Source: Histomonas meleagridis 2922-C6/04-290x
Taxonomy: Eukaryota > Protista > Parabasalia
Length of the DNA stretch: 64,000 nucleotides
NCBI GenBank assembly: GCA_020184695.1
Contig: JAANOX010000231.1
Span: 124,001-188,000, forward strand
Direction: 5' to 3'
The notes under the pieces were generated by a model, which was given only the letters and a program-made list of their open reading frames with translations, searched no databases and had not been told where the DNA came from. This document shows, one piece after another, positions 10,903 through 21,428 of this stretch (the first letter of the stretch is position 1; each line of letters starts with the position of its first letter). A program made the position numbers and the translations under genes.

Positions 10903-11099
10903 TGTTGGAGCTCAAAAAGCCTTTCTTTTGTACGATAGGAATTTTGTGTAGCTGTAAGGTAAACTTTTTGAATGAAGCACGGCCATAACCTAGCTTATTC
11001 CGTTGAGTTTCGTTCGTACCAACACTCGTGCAGAAGCTAGGGATACATGGTCTGATCTGAAGTCTTCGGTTTTTACCAAAAGGGAGGTGAAGTCCAACA
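10903..11099. ncRNA. Candidate structured non-coding RNA (unassigned)
   Basis: GC-enriched intergenic island with nested helices: 10903-09/11093-99, 10920-30/11077-87, 10958-63/11072-77, 10981-86/11047-52, 10989-96/11034-41. No long ORF. Confidence 0.35.
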
Positions 11100-11484
11100 T
11101 TTAATATTCATTTTAATTGTTAACATTTTTTTTTAATGAGTTTTCTCTTTTTCGTGATGAGTAAATAAAAGTGTGCCTACCATTTAACCAACTCGATCTT
11201 TTTTGCAATAAATGCGAAAAAAGTTGATTAGATTTATTATAAAGGATCTACATTTTTAAGTAATTTTCATGAGGTTTTGTTTTTGATGTTAATTTTTAGA
11301 ATAAGAACAAAGATCTTATTGAACAGATACAGTATACTGATTAAATGAACATCTGATTCATTTGTTCTTTGTTTAAAACGAACGTTAATTTTTCTTGCGT
11401 TTTAATTTTTTATTTTAAACGTACGATTTTCAAACATTATTCTGTCAATTATTTGAGTTCATCCGTTTATAATTATTTCTCACC

Positions 11485-11492
11485 TCATTTTA
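11485..11492 (+). promoter_or_regulatory. Trichomonad initiator (Inr, TCAYW) upstream of beta-tubulin
   Basis: TCATTTTA a few nt before the ATG at 11498. Confidence 0.7.
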
Positions 11493-11497
11493 TTCGA

Positions 11498-12850
11498 ATG
11501 GTTCGTGAAATTGTTCACCTTCAAGCAGGTCAATGTGGAAACCAAATTGGTGCTAAGTTTTGGGAAGTTATCTCAGACGAACACGGTATCGATCCAACAG
11601 GTTCCTTCCACGGAGATAGTGATCTTCAATTAGAAAGAATCAATGTATACTATAACGAAGCCACTGGTGGTAAATATGTCCCACGTGCTGTCCTTGTTGA
11701 TCTTGAACCAGGTACTATGGATGCCGTACGTGCTGGTCAATATGGTCAATTATTCCGCCCAGATAACTTCGTTTTCGGTCAATCCGGTGCTGGTAACAAC
11801 TGGGCTAAAGGTTATTACACTGAAGGTCAAGAACTTGCTGAATCAATTCTTGATGTTGTTCGTAAAGAAGCTGAATCTTGTGATGCCCTCCAAGGTTTCC
11901 AGCTTGTTCACTCTCTTGGAGGTGGTACCGGCTCAGGTCTTGGTACACTTCTTCTTAACAAGCTCCGTGAAGAATATCCTGATCGTATTCTTTCCACATA
12001 TTCCATTGTTCCATCACCAAAGGTTTCTGACACTGTTGTCGAACCATATAACTGCACACTTTCTGTTCACCAACTTGTCGAATCTGCTGATGAAGTTTTC
12101 TGCATTGATAACGAAGCACTTTATGACATTTGCTTCCGTACCTTAAAGCTCACCACCCCCACATATGGTGATCTTAACCATCTTGTATCAATGGTTATGT
12201 CCGGTACAACATGCTCATTAAGATTCCCAGGTCAACTTAACTCTGATCTTCGTAAGCTTGCAGTTAACCTTGTTCCATTCCCACGTCTTCACTTCTTCAT
12301 CGTAGGCTTCGCTCCACTCACCTCCCGTGGCTCACAACAATATCGCGCATTAACAGTACCCGAACTTACATCACAATTATTCGACAACAAGAACATGATG
12401 GCTGCCTGCGACCCACGCCGTGGTGTCTACTTAACTGTTTCCGCACATTTCCGTGGAAGAATGTCATCCAAAGAAGTCGATGAGCAAATGCTTAACATCC
12501 AAGCGCGTAACACGTCGTACTTCGTCGAATGGATTCCAAACAATGTGAAGAGCTCCATCTGCGATATCCCACCACGCGGTCTTAAGATGGCAGCAACATT
12601 CATCGGCAACACAACAGCATTCAGAGAATTGTTCACACGCGTCGACTCACAGTTCCAAAAGATGTACGCACGAAGGGCTTTCATCCATTGGTACGTCAAC
12701 GAAGGGCTCGAAACAGTCGAATTCGATGAAGCAAGATCGAACATGACCGACTTAATCCAAGAATACGAAATGTACGAAACAGTTGGTATTGATGAAGTAG
12801 GAGAAGAAGAGGAAGAAGGCGAAGGCGATGAAGAAGCAATGGATGCATAA
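11498..12850 (+). CDS. TUBB: Beta-tubulin
   Basis: [25 protein letters not shown] signature and acidic tail. The MVREI start is typical of parabasalids. Confidence 0.99.
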   Translation: MVREIVHLQAGQCGNQIGAKFWEVISDEHGIDPTGSFHGDSDLQLERINVYYNEATGGKYVPRAVLVDLEPGTMDAVRAGQYGQLFRPDNFVFGQSGAGNNWAKGYYTEGQELAESILDVVRKEAESCDALQGFQLVHSLGGGTGSGLGTLLLNKLREEYPDRILSTYSIVPSPKVSDTVVEPYNCTLSVHQLVESADEVFCIDNEALYDICFRTLKLTTPTYGDLNHLVSMVMSGTTCSLRFPGQLNSDLRKLAVNLVPFPRLHFFIVGFAPLTSRGSQQYRALTVPELTSQLFDNKNMMAACDPRRGVYLTVSAHFRGRMSSKEVDEQMLNIQARNTSYFVEWIPNNVKSSICDIPPRGLKMAATFIGNTTAFRELFTRVDSQFQKMYARRAFIHWYVNEGLETVEFDEARSNMTDLIQEYEMYETVGIDEVGEEEEEGEGDEEAMDA

Positions 12851-13021
12851 ATAATTAAAAATTCTATTTAATAAAGGTAAAAATTTAAATATTATATTCA
12901 TATCTGAGCTGAATCTTTTTAAAATGAAATTGTAATAGTAAAATAATAAATGAATGTTCATTAACAATTTACATAATTAGATAGAAAAATGATCAAATTA
13001 TGATAAAATTATTATTTTTAT

Positions 13022-13453
13022 TTAGAATTTGAGGGGCTTGAAGAGCCATGACATTTTGCCATTAAGATATTTCTGACGGAGAACCTTGGATGCAGCTTGA
13101 AGTTCAGCCTTCTTTTGTTGTGCGTCTTCCATGGATTTAATAACTTGATCCGCTTTAACCTTGTTCCAGAAGTCATCGTCTTTCATTGTATGACGTGTAA
13201 GAAGGAGATGATTGAAGTTAACTGTCTTGACAAATGTTTTAATTTGTGTGCGTTTTACAAGAGTCTTTTGTGGCATATCTTTTGTAAGTTTCTTTGGTGA
13301 TTTTTCAATACCTAAAACAACAGCATGTGGATATTTACGTGTTTCTGTTGGTTCTGGATATGCTTGTAAAACAATAGCCTTTTTTCCAGCATGGCGACCA
13401 TTAAGAAGGATAACAAAACGTCCTGGTTGAAGAAGAGTCTTCTGTGAAGACAT
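13022..13453 (-). CDS. RPL27: 60S ribosomal protein L27 (eL27)
   Basis: GRFVILLNGRHAGKKA KOW motif, NFNHLLLTR and C-terminal WLFKPLKF. Confidence 0.96.
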   Translation of the reverse strand: MSSQKTLLQPGRFVILLNGRHAGKKAIVLQAYPEPTETRKYPHAVVLGIEKSPKKLTKDMPQKTLVKRTQIKTFVKTVNFNHLLLTRHTMKDDDFWNKVKADQVIKSMEDAQQKKAELQAASKVLRQKYLNGKMSWLFKPLKF

Positions 13454-13462
13454 TTACTAAAG

Positions 13463-13477
13463 AAAGGCCATAACCGT
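13463..13477 (-). promoter_or_regulatory. M3 + M5 core promoter of RPL27
   Basis: The minus strand reads ACGGTTA-tgg-CCTTT just before the ATG, matching the Trichomonas M3 and M5 elements. Confidence 0.75.
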
Positions 13478-13664
13478 TTATATGTAAGAACGTTTAAACC
13501 CGATAATATTAACGTTCTCTTCACTAACCGTCTGGTGAAAACGACCGATATTAGAAATGAAAACGTTTATTTGAAAAGACCAGCCAAATTCTTTCAAAAC
13601 AAAAATTTGTATTGTGTGGGGAAGTTTTCCAAGTAAAAAAGTGGTATCGAAGTAAAAATTTTGG

Positions 13665-14243
13665 ATGTCATCCAAAAAGAACAAAATTGTAATGCTTGGT
13701 GATAGTGGTGTTGGAAAAACATCACTTGTTAAAAGGTGGATTAATAACACATATAAAGGAGATCAACTACCAACAATTGGTGCAGCTTATACACAAAATA
13801 TTGTAAATATTAACAATGAAAGCTACAAAATTCAAGTATGGGATACTGCAGGAGAAGAAAAATATAGGTCAATGGCCCCAATTTATTGCCAAGGCGCTTT
13901 TGGAGCTATGATTGTTTTTGATTTTCTTGTTAAAGAATCATTTGACAGTATAAATTCATGGGTGTCATGTCTTGATAATACAGGCGGAAATATACCAATT
14001 GTAATTTGCGGGAATAAGGTAGATTTACTTGAAGATGAAACAAAATTAATTGAAACATGCCAAAAATTAAATGAGATGGGATATACATTTTTTGCAACAA
14101 GTGCTTCCACAGGTACTCATGTTGAGGAAGCATTCATGGAATTAATCAGACGTGCAATTGAATTCCGCAAACAAGAGTCTGAAACAGAAACAGTGGTACA
14201 AGACATACAGCAGCCTCCAGAAGAGAAAGGTGGATGCTGCTAA
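13665..14243 (+). CDS. Rab-family small GTPase
   Basis: GDSGVGKTS, PTIG, WDTAGEEKYRS, NKVD and SAS motifs; C-terminal GGCC prenylation signal. Confidence 0.96.
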   Translation: MSSKKNKIVMLGDSGVGKTSLVKRWINNTYKGDQLPTIGAAYTQNIVNINNESYKIQVWDTAGEEKYRSMAPIYCQGAFGAMIVFDFLVKESFDSINSWVSCLDNTGGNIPIVICGNKVDLLEDETKLIETCQKLNEMGYTFFATSASTGTHVEEAFMELIRRAIEFRKQESETETVVQDIQQPPEEKGGCC

Positions 14244-14338
14244 GGAAAGAATGTATACAAAAGCGGTTTTGATCGTCCTGAACTTTTTGAATACTTAAAA
14301 TTAACAATTTAATAAACTTATAAGAAATACTCATTTAT

Positions 14339-15220
14339 TTAATCTTCTATATACATTTCCAAGATAGCTATAAGTAACATCCAAAGGACACCCAACCCAA
14401 AGAAAAATAAGTGCCATATCTTTTCACAACAATTAATTATTGATTTTTGAGAAAGCATCTCTGTCCATTCATGGCAAGCAACAAACAAGAAAGTCCCTGC
14501 TGAAAAGGAAGCAATGAGCCCTAGCGCAAGATATCCACTATGACTCCCAAGAAAATGTGCAGCAATGATTCCAATTGGAGAACAAAGAGAATATAAACAA
14601 ACTAATACCCAAAATATAATTTTTGATGGATTATCCTTAAGTAATATGAGTGAAAGAGAAAATGCTTCTACAGGCTTATGGCCAACAATTGCACAAAAAA
14701 TTGCAATCAATGATGAACGCTTTGTCATAATACCTAAAGCAATTCCTTCGACTATAGAATGTATAGCCATTATAACATATAACGAAATTGTTGCGCCTGC
14801 CATTTTCTTGAATGTCTTTTTTAACTCTTTCGATATGTTTGAATCTTCATCAGATTCATCTTCTTCACAATTGTCTTCGCTAAATAAATTTTTTTTCTGG
14901 TTCATATTTAATGCTTTATTTCTTAATGCTCTGGCATCATGCTCAGAAAATGAGAAAAATTCTACAATTGTAAGAAGAAAAAATGATATTATTGTAACAG
15001 CTGGTGCAACAGGATATCGAATATAATTAAGCTTACCAAATTCTTCAAACGCATCATTTAATAAATGAGTAAGACCCGCTCCTAAAAACACTCCACATGC
15101 CATTGATTCAAGTCTTACAACCCATTTTACTGTGACAAATAATAATGGACCTGCATTTCCTATAATTGTAGCCACTAAAATAACAACAGTAAAAATTATT
15201 TTTAAGGAATTATTTTCCAT
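14339..15220 (-). CDS. ZIP-family (Zrt/Irt) zinc transporter
   Basis: GVFLGAGLTHLL, HSIVEGIALG, IVGHKPVEAF and SAGTFLFVA; multiple TM segments. First ATG at 15220. Confidence 0.93.
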   Translation of the reverse strand: MENNSLKIIFTVVILVATIIGNAGPLLFVTVKWVVRLESMACGVFLGAGLTHLLNDAFEEFGKLNYIRYPVAPAVTIISFFLLTIVEFFSFSEHDARALRNKALNMNQKKNLFSEDNCEEDESDEDSNISKELKKTFKKMAGATISLYVIMAIHSIVEGIALGIMTKRSSLIAIFCAIVGHKPVEAFSLSLILLKDNPSKIIFWVLVCLYSLCSPIGIIAAHFLGSHSGYLALGLIASFSAGTFLFVACHEWTEMLSQKSIINCCEKIWHLFFFGLGVLWMLLIAILEMYIED

Positions 15221-15695
15221 ATGTTTGAAGTGGAAGGTGTTTAATTTTTTTAAATGACCATTCAAGTTTTCAATTTTCAAATAGGTTTCAATTTTATATG
15301 TAAAAAATGAGTCTCATAAAATCTAGACTTTTAAGAAATTTATTGTTTCAATCATTATCCTTTGCTATCAAATTAAACAAGTTTACACTTCACATCACAA
15401 TGTTTTGTTGTTGTTCATATTTTTATAAGAAAATAGAGTTTTTAGAAGAATTATTATGTACGCCCGATTAAAAGTGGTGTAACTTTTGGATATTAATTTT
15501 TTGGTTTAAATTTTCGAATCGATTAAAAGTGACGTTTAAAAAAGAGTAAAAACTTTTTAACATTTCATAAATATTTTTAAAAAGGTTAAAAATAAATAAA
15601 ATATGAGTAATACATATTATTAAATTAACTTATTCCACATGGAAAGGATCAAATCGAGCTTATAAAAATGAAATTTTAAAGTTCATTACGAACTT

Positions 15696-16975
15696 TTAAG
15701 AATGAAGAAATATTGAAACAAAATCTTTTGGTTTTAAAAATAATTTCACAATATCTGCATATCCTTTTTTATCTGCACAAGCAAGGGCCTTATAAAATAT
15801 TTTACATAATTTCCAAATATTATTTTAAAATATCGAATTATTAAAATAAATATTAAATAAAACAGATAAATATTCTTAGCATTAATATCAATTCCTTCTT
15901 GTTCAAGAAGTAATTTAACTATTTCTGTATGACCTTTATCAGATGCAAATATAAGTGCTGTATGAAACATTTAAAATAATTTCCAAATCTTTTTTTAATA
16001 TATAAAATTATTAAAATAAATATCAAATAAAAAAAATAAATATTCTTAGCATCAATATCAATTCCTTCTTGTTCAAGAAGTAATTTAACTATTTCTATAT
16101 GACCATTTTCAGATGCTCTCATAAGTGCTGTTTCAAATAATTTAAATAATTTCCAAATATTATTTTAAAATATCGAATTATTAAAATAAATTTTAAATAA
16201 AACAGATAAATATCTTTGGCATTAATATCAATTCTTTTTTGTTCAAGAATTAATTTGACGATTTCTACAGAACCATTTTCAGATGCCAAAATAAGTGTTG
16301 TTTTAAATATTATAAATAATTTCTAAATATTATTTAAAAATCCAAAATTATTAAAATAAATCCAACATAAAACATATCAATATCTTTAACACTTATATCA
16401 ATATCTCTTTGTTCGAGAAGGAATTTAACCATATCTATTTCCCCATTTTTAATTGCCTTAATAAAAATTGATTCAAATACTTCAAAAAAAATCCAAATTG
16501 TATTTATATTCATCAAATTATTAATATAAATACGGATTAAAATAAATATATATCTTTTTCATTAATATTAATTCCTTTTTGTTTAAGGATTAATTTCATC
16601 ATTTTAATATTTTTTGCGGTATAAAACAATATGTTCCTAATTAAAATAGACAATCTCCATATAAAATTTTCAAACTATAAATTGTTATTAAAAATATCAA
16701 ATAAAACGAATATATATCTTTAGCATTGATATCAATTCCTTTTTTCTCAAGAAGTAGTTTTGCTATTTTTACATTACCATTTGAAGCTGCATACATTAAT
16801 GCTGTTTCAAATAATTTAAATAATTTCCAAATATTTTTTCGTAATATAAAGATATTAAAACAATTTTTAATGAAAAAATACAAACATCTTTAGCATTAAT
16901 ATCAATTCCTTCTTGTTCAAGAAGTAACTTAACGATTTCAATGTGATTATTATGTGAACACAACATAAGTGGAGT
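15696..16975 (-). repeat. Ankyrin cassette array A (8 cassettes) interrupted by 17-nt inserts
   Basis: Cassettes start at 16975, 16805, 16635, 16471, 16301, 16131, 15961 and 15791. Spacers are 78 nt then 7x80 nt. Terminal stop at 15698-15696. Confidence 0.93.
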
Positions 16976-18289
16976 TATAAAAATTAAATATAAATTCTAA
17001 ATATTTATATTCCAACAAATTACTTGAAAAAGCATTATATAAAACAAATAATAATTTTTTTCATTAACATTAAGACCCTTTTTCTCAAGTAAATATCTAA
17101 TAAATTCAATATTTCCTGATTCTAAAGATAAAAAAAACAAATTTTTCGGATATGTCTTACCAGCAAGAAAATAATTTACAAAGAATATATTTCCATTTCT
17201 TGCAGCTTCATTAATAATAAAGATATCTACTTCAATTCCTTCATTTTCCAAAAATGAAAAGATTTCATAATTATCATATTTTATACAATTAATTACTAAG
17301 TAAGTTAAATTCTTAACTTCTTTTATTTTATTTTCATAAAGATAATAAAAAATATCATTTCGATGAAATTCAATCGCTGTTTCATATGAATCTTCCATTA
17401 ATGCATGATTTTGTTCACATAAATGAATGATCTCTAAATTCCCCCCGGCAATTGCATATTTACCTGTGTTATCTATATTTGCGCCATTCATAAGTAAATA
17501 TTTAAAACATTTAACTGCAGAAAAAAATGCCGCATAATCAATTAACGTAATATTTCTTTGATTAATAAATGAACATCTTTCATAAAGTGATGGCGCAATT
17601 CTTTGATTAAAATTAAAATCATTTTGTGTTGATATTTCTTGAAGTTTTTCGATTTCATCATTTCGAATTATTTTTGCAATTTCATTTGGATTATGACCTT
17701 CTTTTATATGTTTCTTATGAAGTTCCCAATCATCTTTTTTAACTTCTTGGATAAGGTCCTGATAAATATAATTATTTCCATTGTGTTTTATTTTATTTAT
17801 TGTTTTGTCAGATAGATGTTGTGCAAAATAAAGTGATTTTTTTCTTTTAATTATAGTTTGATCAATCAAATTTTGTTCATTCATCTTCTGTAGAATGTAA
17901 TCAGATTCGCGCGTATTAGACGAAAGAACAAATTGCGTGAATACATGAAGAATTCTATCAGTACTTTGATCAAACATTTCTTCTTCTTTTTTTTCAATAA
18001 GCATTAAATAATTAAAAATTAAGAAAGTATCTTTATTTTGAGAAATGAAAGATGCAAAAATCAATCGACACATAATAAAGTGCCATGAAAATGGGAAACT
18101 TTTAATAAATAACTTCATTGTTGATTCAATTGCCTTCTGAACATTGTATTTATCTATTGAGAAAATAATCTTCTCAAGTAACAGTAATTTATTAATATAT
18201 TCTCTATATGTAACTAAATCCTGGTTTATCTCTAAATCAAAATTCTGTTTTAAATACGTTTCCATTTCTTGGCTTGAAACTATCCCCAT
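15696..18289 (-). CDS. DUF3447 + ankyrin-repeat protein A (continuous ORF to ~17054, then discontinuous through array A; about 680 aa if the inserts are removed)
   Basis: Intact 412-codon N-terminal part with TLIDYAAFF..CFKYLLMNGA..YAIAGGN.EIIHLCEQ (DUF3447-type). All reconstructed linkers and cassettes are sense codons. Confidence 0.8.
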
Positions 18290-18597
18290 ATGGAAACTTA
18301 ATAATTAAATTATGGCATAACCGCTTATATTGAGACCTTTTTTTTGAACCACATATTTGAGATTTTGATTAATAAATGTCTGCTCAATTTATCATATAGT
18401 CAACTAATTTAATAAAATTATACTTTTTCTTGAATATTAAATTTAAATTACTTTAATGCTCATTAAAAATTTGACATTCACATTTCATGTAAATTATAAA
18501 TTTAAAGAAAAACAATTTAAAAATACTAAACCCAACAATATTTTAAACGAAAAGTATTTTTTACATATAAGTGGTTTGAAATTTACAAAAAAATGTT

Positions 18598-19467
18598 TTA
18601 ATCATCACTTGAATCCTCCTCTTCAATGGAATTATTTTTCGTTTTTTTACTTTTATCGTTATTGTCACTTTTTTCGCTATCATCACTTTTTTCGATATTG
18701 TCACTTTTCACAATAGTGACTAAGGGGCCCCTTCTTGGTAAATATTTGCGTTCTTCTTGTTTTTCTTTTTCCTCTTTGATTGCATCACGAATAATATTAA
18801 AACAACAAGAAAAGAAAAATGTGATAGGTGAGAGTGCTATAAACACAATGACTGTTATTCTTAATTGATAACGATAACATTGTTCACAATTCGATTTGAT
18901 CAATGCGCTAAGCGTTTCATTAATTACGCTTTCATTCGCTTCTTTATCAGAGAAGCCAAATTGATTGAAAAACCAATTGTAGGCTTTGATATCTTTAGTA
19001 ACATTTTTGATAATTTCCAAAGCATTCTTGTGGTAGGAGTCGTACTTAGATGGAACAACATATTTTAGCGCCTCATAAGAAAAATTACAACTGAGTACAT
19101 GAAAAATCAATGTTATTATCAAAAGTAGACTTACAGCTGATTTGCAACATAACCCAATTTTACTTTTGGGTTTGTGTTCACCAACATAAAACCCAATCAT
19201 AATTAAAATAAAAAATAAAATAATACATGAATTTGAACAAAGTTCATAAATGACAAAATTCCGTTCGCCTGACCCAACTGCATCAAGAAAAATTCTGTCT
19301 ACTTTTGCAAAAAAACAAATTTCTGTACCAAATGTAATAAAAATAAAAATCCCAATAAAAATGATTATGAAAATAAGACTTACCCCAAAGCAATCTATTC
19401 CCTCTTCTGCAGAAGCTGTTGAATCAGATGGGTCATCCACAAGCTCTATTTCAAGGTTGTTTTCCAT
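18598..19467 (-). CDS. Hypothetical multi-pass membrane protein
   Basis: 289-aa ATG ORF with four hydrophobic segments and an acidic tail. Confidence 0.65.
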   Translation of the reverse strand: MENNLEIELVDDPSDSTASAEEGIDCFGVSLIFIIIFIGIFIFITFGTEICFFAKVDRIFLDAVGSGERNFVIYELCSNSCIILFFILIMIGFYVGEHKPKSKIGLCCKSAVSLLLIITLIFHVLSCNFSYEALKYVVPSKYDSYHKNALEIIKNVTKDIKAYNWFFNQFGFSDKEANESVINETLSALIKSNCEQCYRYQLRITVIVFIALSPITFFFSCCFNIIRDAIKEEKEKQEERKYLPRRGPLVTIVKSDNIEKSDDSEKSDNNDKSKKTKNNSIEEEDSSDD

Positions 19468-20008
19468 CCGAATGCTAATAGCAGTTAATTGAACGCATTG
19501 AAAAACGTGCTTAAAAAGTTTGTGAAAATTGTGAGGTCGATTCCGATATCGTTCAAAAAATTCTCGATAGAGGTCATTGAAAAAAAATATCTGATTTCAT
19601 AATTTTCCTTTCGCTTCGTCAAACCAAATATTTTTAACAAATATTTTTGTACCTTTCCTGATACAATGTTTCCTTAGAAAATCGTTTCCAAGTTTTTAAA
19701 AAGATTATCACTCATATATATACATGTAAAGATAAAATTTTTTACCTGTAAAGTCTTTTCATCATAAAAGCTATGAAAATCTGGGATTGGAAATCCATGT
19801 TCTCTTAAAAAGTAAAGCCAAAAAATGTTTGAGTGGAGAAATTTCTCAAATTTCGCATATATTTCATTTTGTTTTTCCTTACATGTTTTCTTTTAGGCTA
19901 TTCATTGATTTCCCTGCAGTTATTCATATTATTCTTTAACTTTGAAATTTACACATTTCCTGATTATATTATCATTTAATAACAGAATATGATAACAGTA
20001 CAAATCCT

Positions 20009-20692
20009 TTAGTCATATGGTTCCCATGTTATAGGGTTATAACCAGTTTTCCTTTGAGGTGTTCGTGCATGTAATGGTGGCTCAAGAAGGCGATTTTGAG
20101 GCTGCTTTCTTTGTGGTGTCATAGGCTGTTGTACGCGAAGCGAATGAGGCTCAATAAACTGGTGTTTTGTTTCCCAATATTGATCAAATACAACAAATTT
20201 GTTTGCTTGTGGAAGGTATTCTGATAATCCAAAATGCTTTTTCATGAACGAAAAACATAGTGCAGATGGTCTATCAATCGGAATTTGTGACATTTCAAGG
20301 CCTTGATCTGAAAGCATTCTATCAATTAATTTTCGGCCAAAACCTTTCCTCTGTTGCGATGGATAAGTGAAAAAATCAAGAAGGCAAAGCGTTTCTGTTT
20401 CATGTTGTTGGCCAACTCTATCCCAAAGAAAAAGATGTCGATATCCAACTTTCACAAATCCAAGAACTTCACCTAGTTCTTGGTTTACTAAAATATAAAG
20501 AGTATTGTCACCTCCTGTAAAAGTACTAAATGTTGTTATTATGTGAGATAGCCCTTGCGCTTTTGATGAAGCTATACCAATATCATTAATTAATGAAACA
20601 AGGTCTGCATTTGGCTTCTTACACATTTCTGGCTTTAAAATAGCAATTCCATCTTCACCAACATTAAGATAACGGATTCCTTTGTGCTTCAT
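20009..20692 (-). CDS. ATAT1: Alpha-tubulin N-acetyltransferase (MEC-17/alphaTAT)
   Basis: GFVKVGYRHLFLWD, CLLDFF, QRKGFGRKL acetyl-CoA loop and IDRPS. Confidence 0.9.
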   Translation of the reverse strand: MKHKGIRYLNVGEDGIAILKPEMCKKPNADLVSLINDIGIASSKAQGLSHIITTFSTFTGGDNTLYILVNQELGEVLGFVKVGYRHLFLWDRVGQQHETETLCLLDFFTYPSQQRKGFGRKLIDRMLSDQGLEMSQIPIDRPSALCFSFMKKHFGLSEYLPQANKFVVFDQYWETKHQFIEPHSLRVQQPMTPQRKQPQNRLLEPPLHARTPQRKTGYNPITWEPYD

Positions 20693-20806
20693 TTCAATCC
20701 TGTATTCACAACGGAAATAGCACTTTTTAAAAAAAATGCATTGAAATTTTTAACATTGGGTGTGAAATAAAAAGGACGTTAATTTTGATTAACGTCCTCC
20801 TCCAAA

Positions 20807-21310
20807 ATGGATATCATTCTGATTTGCGCAATTATTTCAACAATATTCCCTTACCTATTTTATTCCTGGATATACATGTTTACAGATTCATTGCCAAAGT
20901 GGCTTACACAGGCTAAATTCATCAAAATTTCTCAAACTTTAAAAATAATTGAAGTTTTGTGCTCTTTCCCCACACTAAGAAAAGCTGGAATTAATTACCA
21001 AGGAATTTTCTTTGGAATACCATTAATTTTTGTTGGTCAATATCTAAATGAACTTGTTTACACAGCTTTAGGTGATGTAGGTGTTTATTATGGTGTTGAG
21101 ATGAAGGTACTTAAGCCAAGAAGGTTGCCTGGATTTCCTTTTTCAATGGGTGATCCACAATATAAAGGATCTCTTCTAACAATTATAGGCGGATTCTTTT
21201 GTTTTAATACAACAAGAGATCTCATGGCTATTTGTATAGCATGGGTATTTTCATATTTTTATATTATTTGTATTGAAAACACTAATAGGAAAGTAAAAAT
21301 CAAAAATTAA
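20807..21310 (+). CDS. Phospholipid N-methyltransferase (PEMT/PLMT-like)
   Basis: GQYLN..VY.ALG..GVYYG, GFPFS and DPQYKGS motifs; small multi-TM protein. Confidence 0.8.
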   Translation: MDIILICAIISTIFPYLFYSWIYMFTDSLPKWLTQAKFIKISQTLKIIEVLCSFPTLRKAGINYQGIFFGIPLIFVGQYLNELVYTALGDVGVYYGVEMKVLKPRRLPGFPFSMGDPQYKGSLLTIIGGFFCFNTTRDLMAICIAWVFSYFYIICIENTNRKVKIKN

Positions 21311-21428
21311 AATAAACACTATAGTGCTGTATTTTATGGTATCATTCTTATTCGTGTCTTTTTCCATTAATTTGGGAAATGGAAAACTTTATAATAAAAT
21401 TTTTAAACGTCTTTTCAATTTAAAACAG

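Noticed and set aside
11369-11497. N-terminal extensions from TTG/GTG or upstream starts (tubulin, RPL13, RPS15, ATG18, ZIP, C2 gene)
   Set aside because: Conserved N-termini and Inr/M5 elements place the true ATG downstream.
16135-16151. -1 frameshift slippery site T TTA AAT in insert 4
   Set aside because: It is present in only some copies, and most spacers contain in-frame stops before it.
15792-17053. Each spacer as one 65-68 nt intron, or one Phe-to-Phe ribosomal hop
   Set aside because: No GT-AG is present, and this would give D-I-Y-(L)-F-x-T, losing the conserved Gly. The 17+3 parse recovers D-x-x-G-x-T and also explains the 63- and 49-nt classes.
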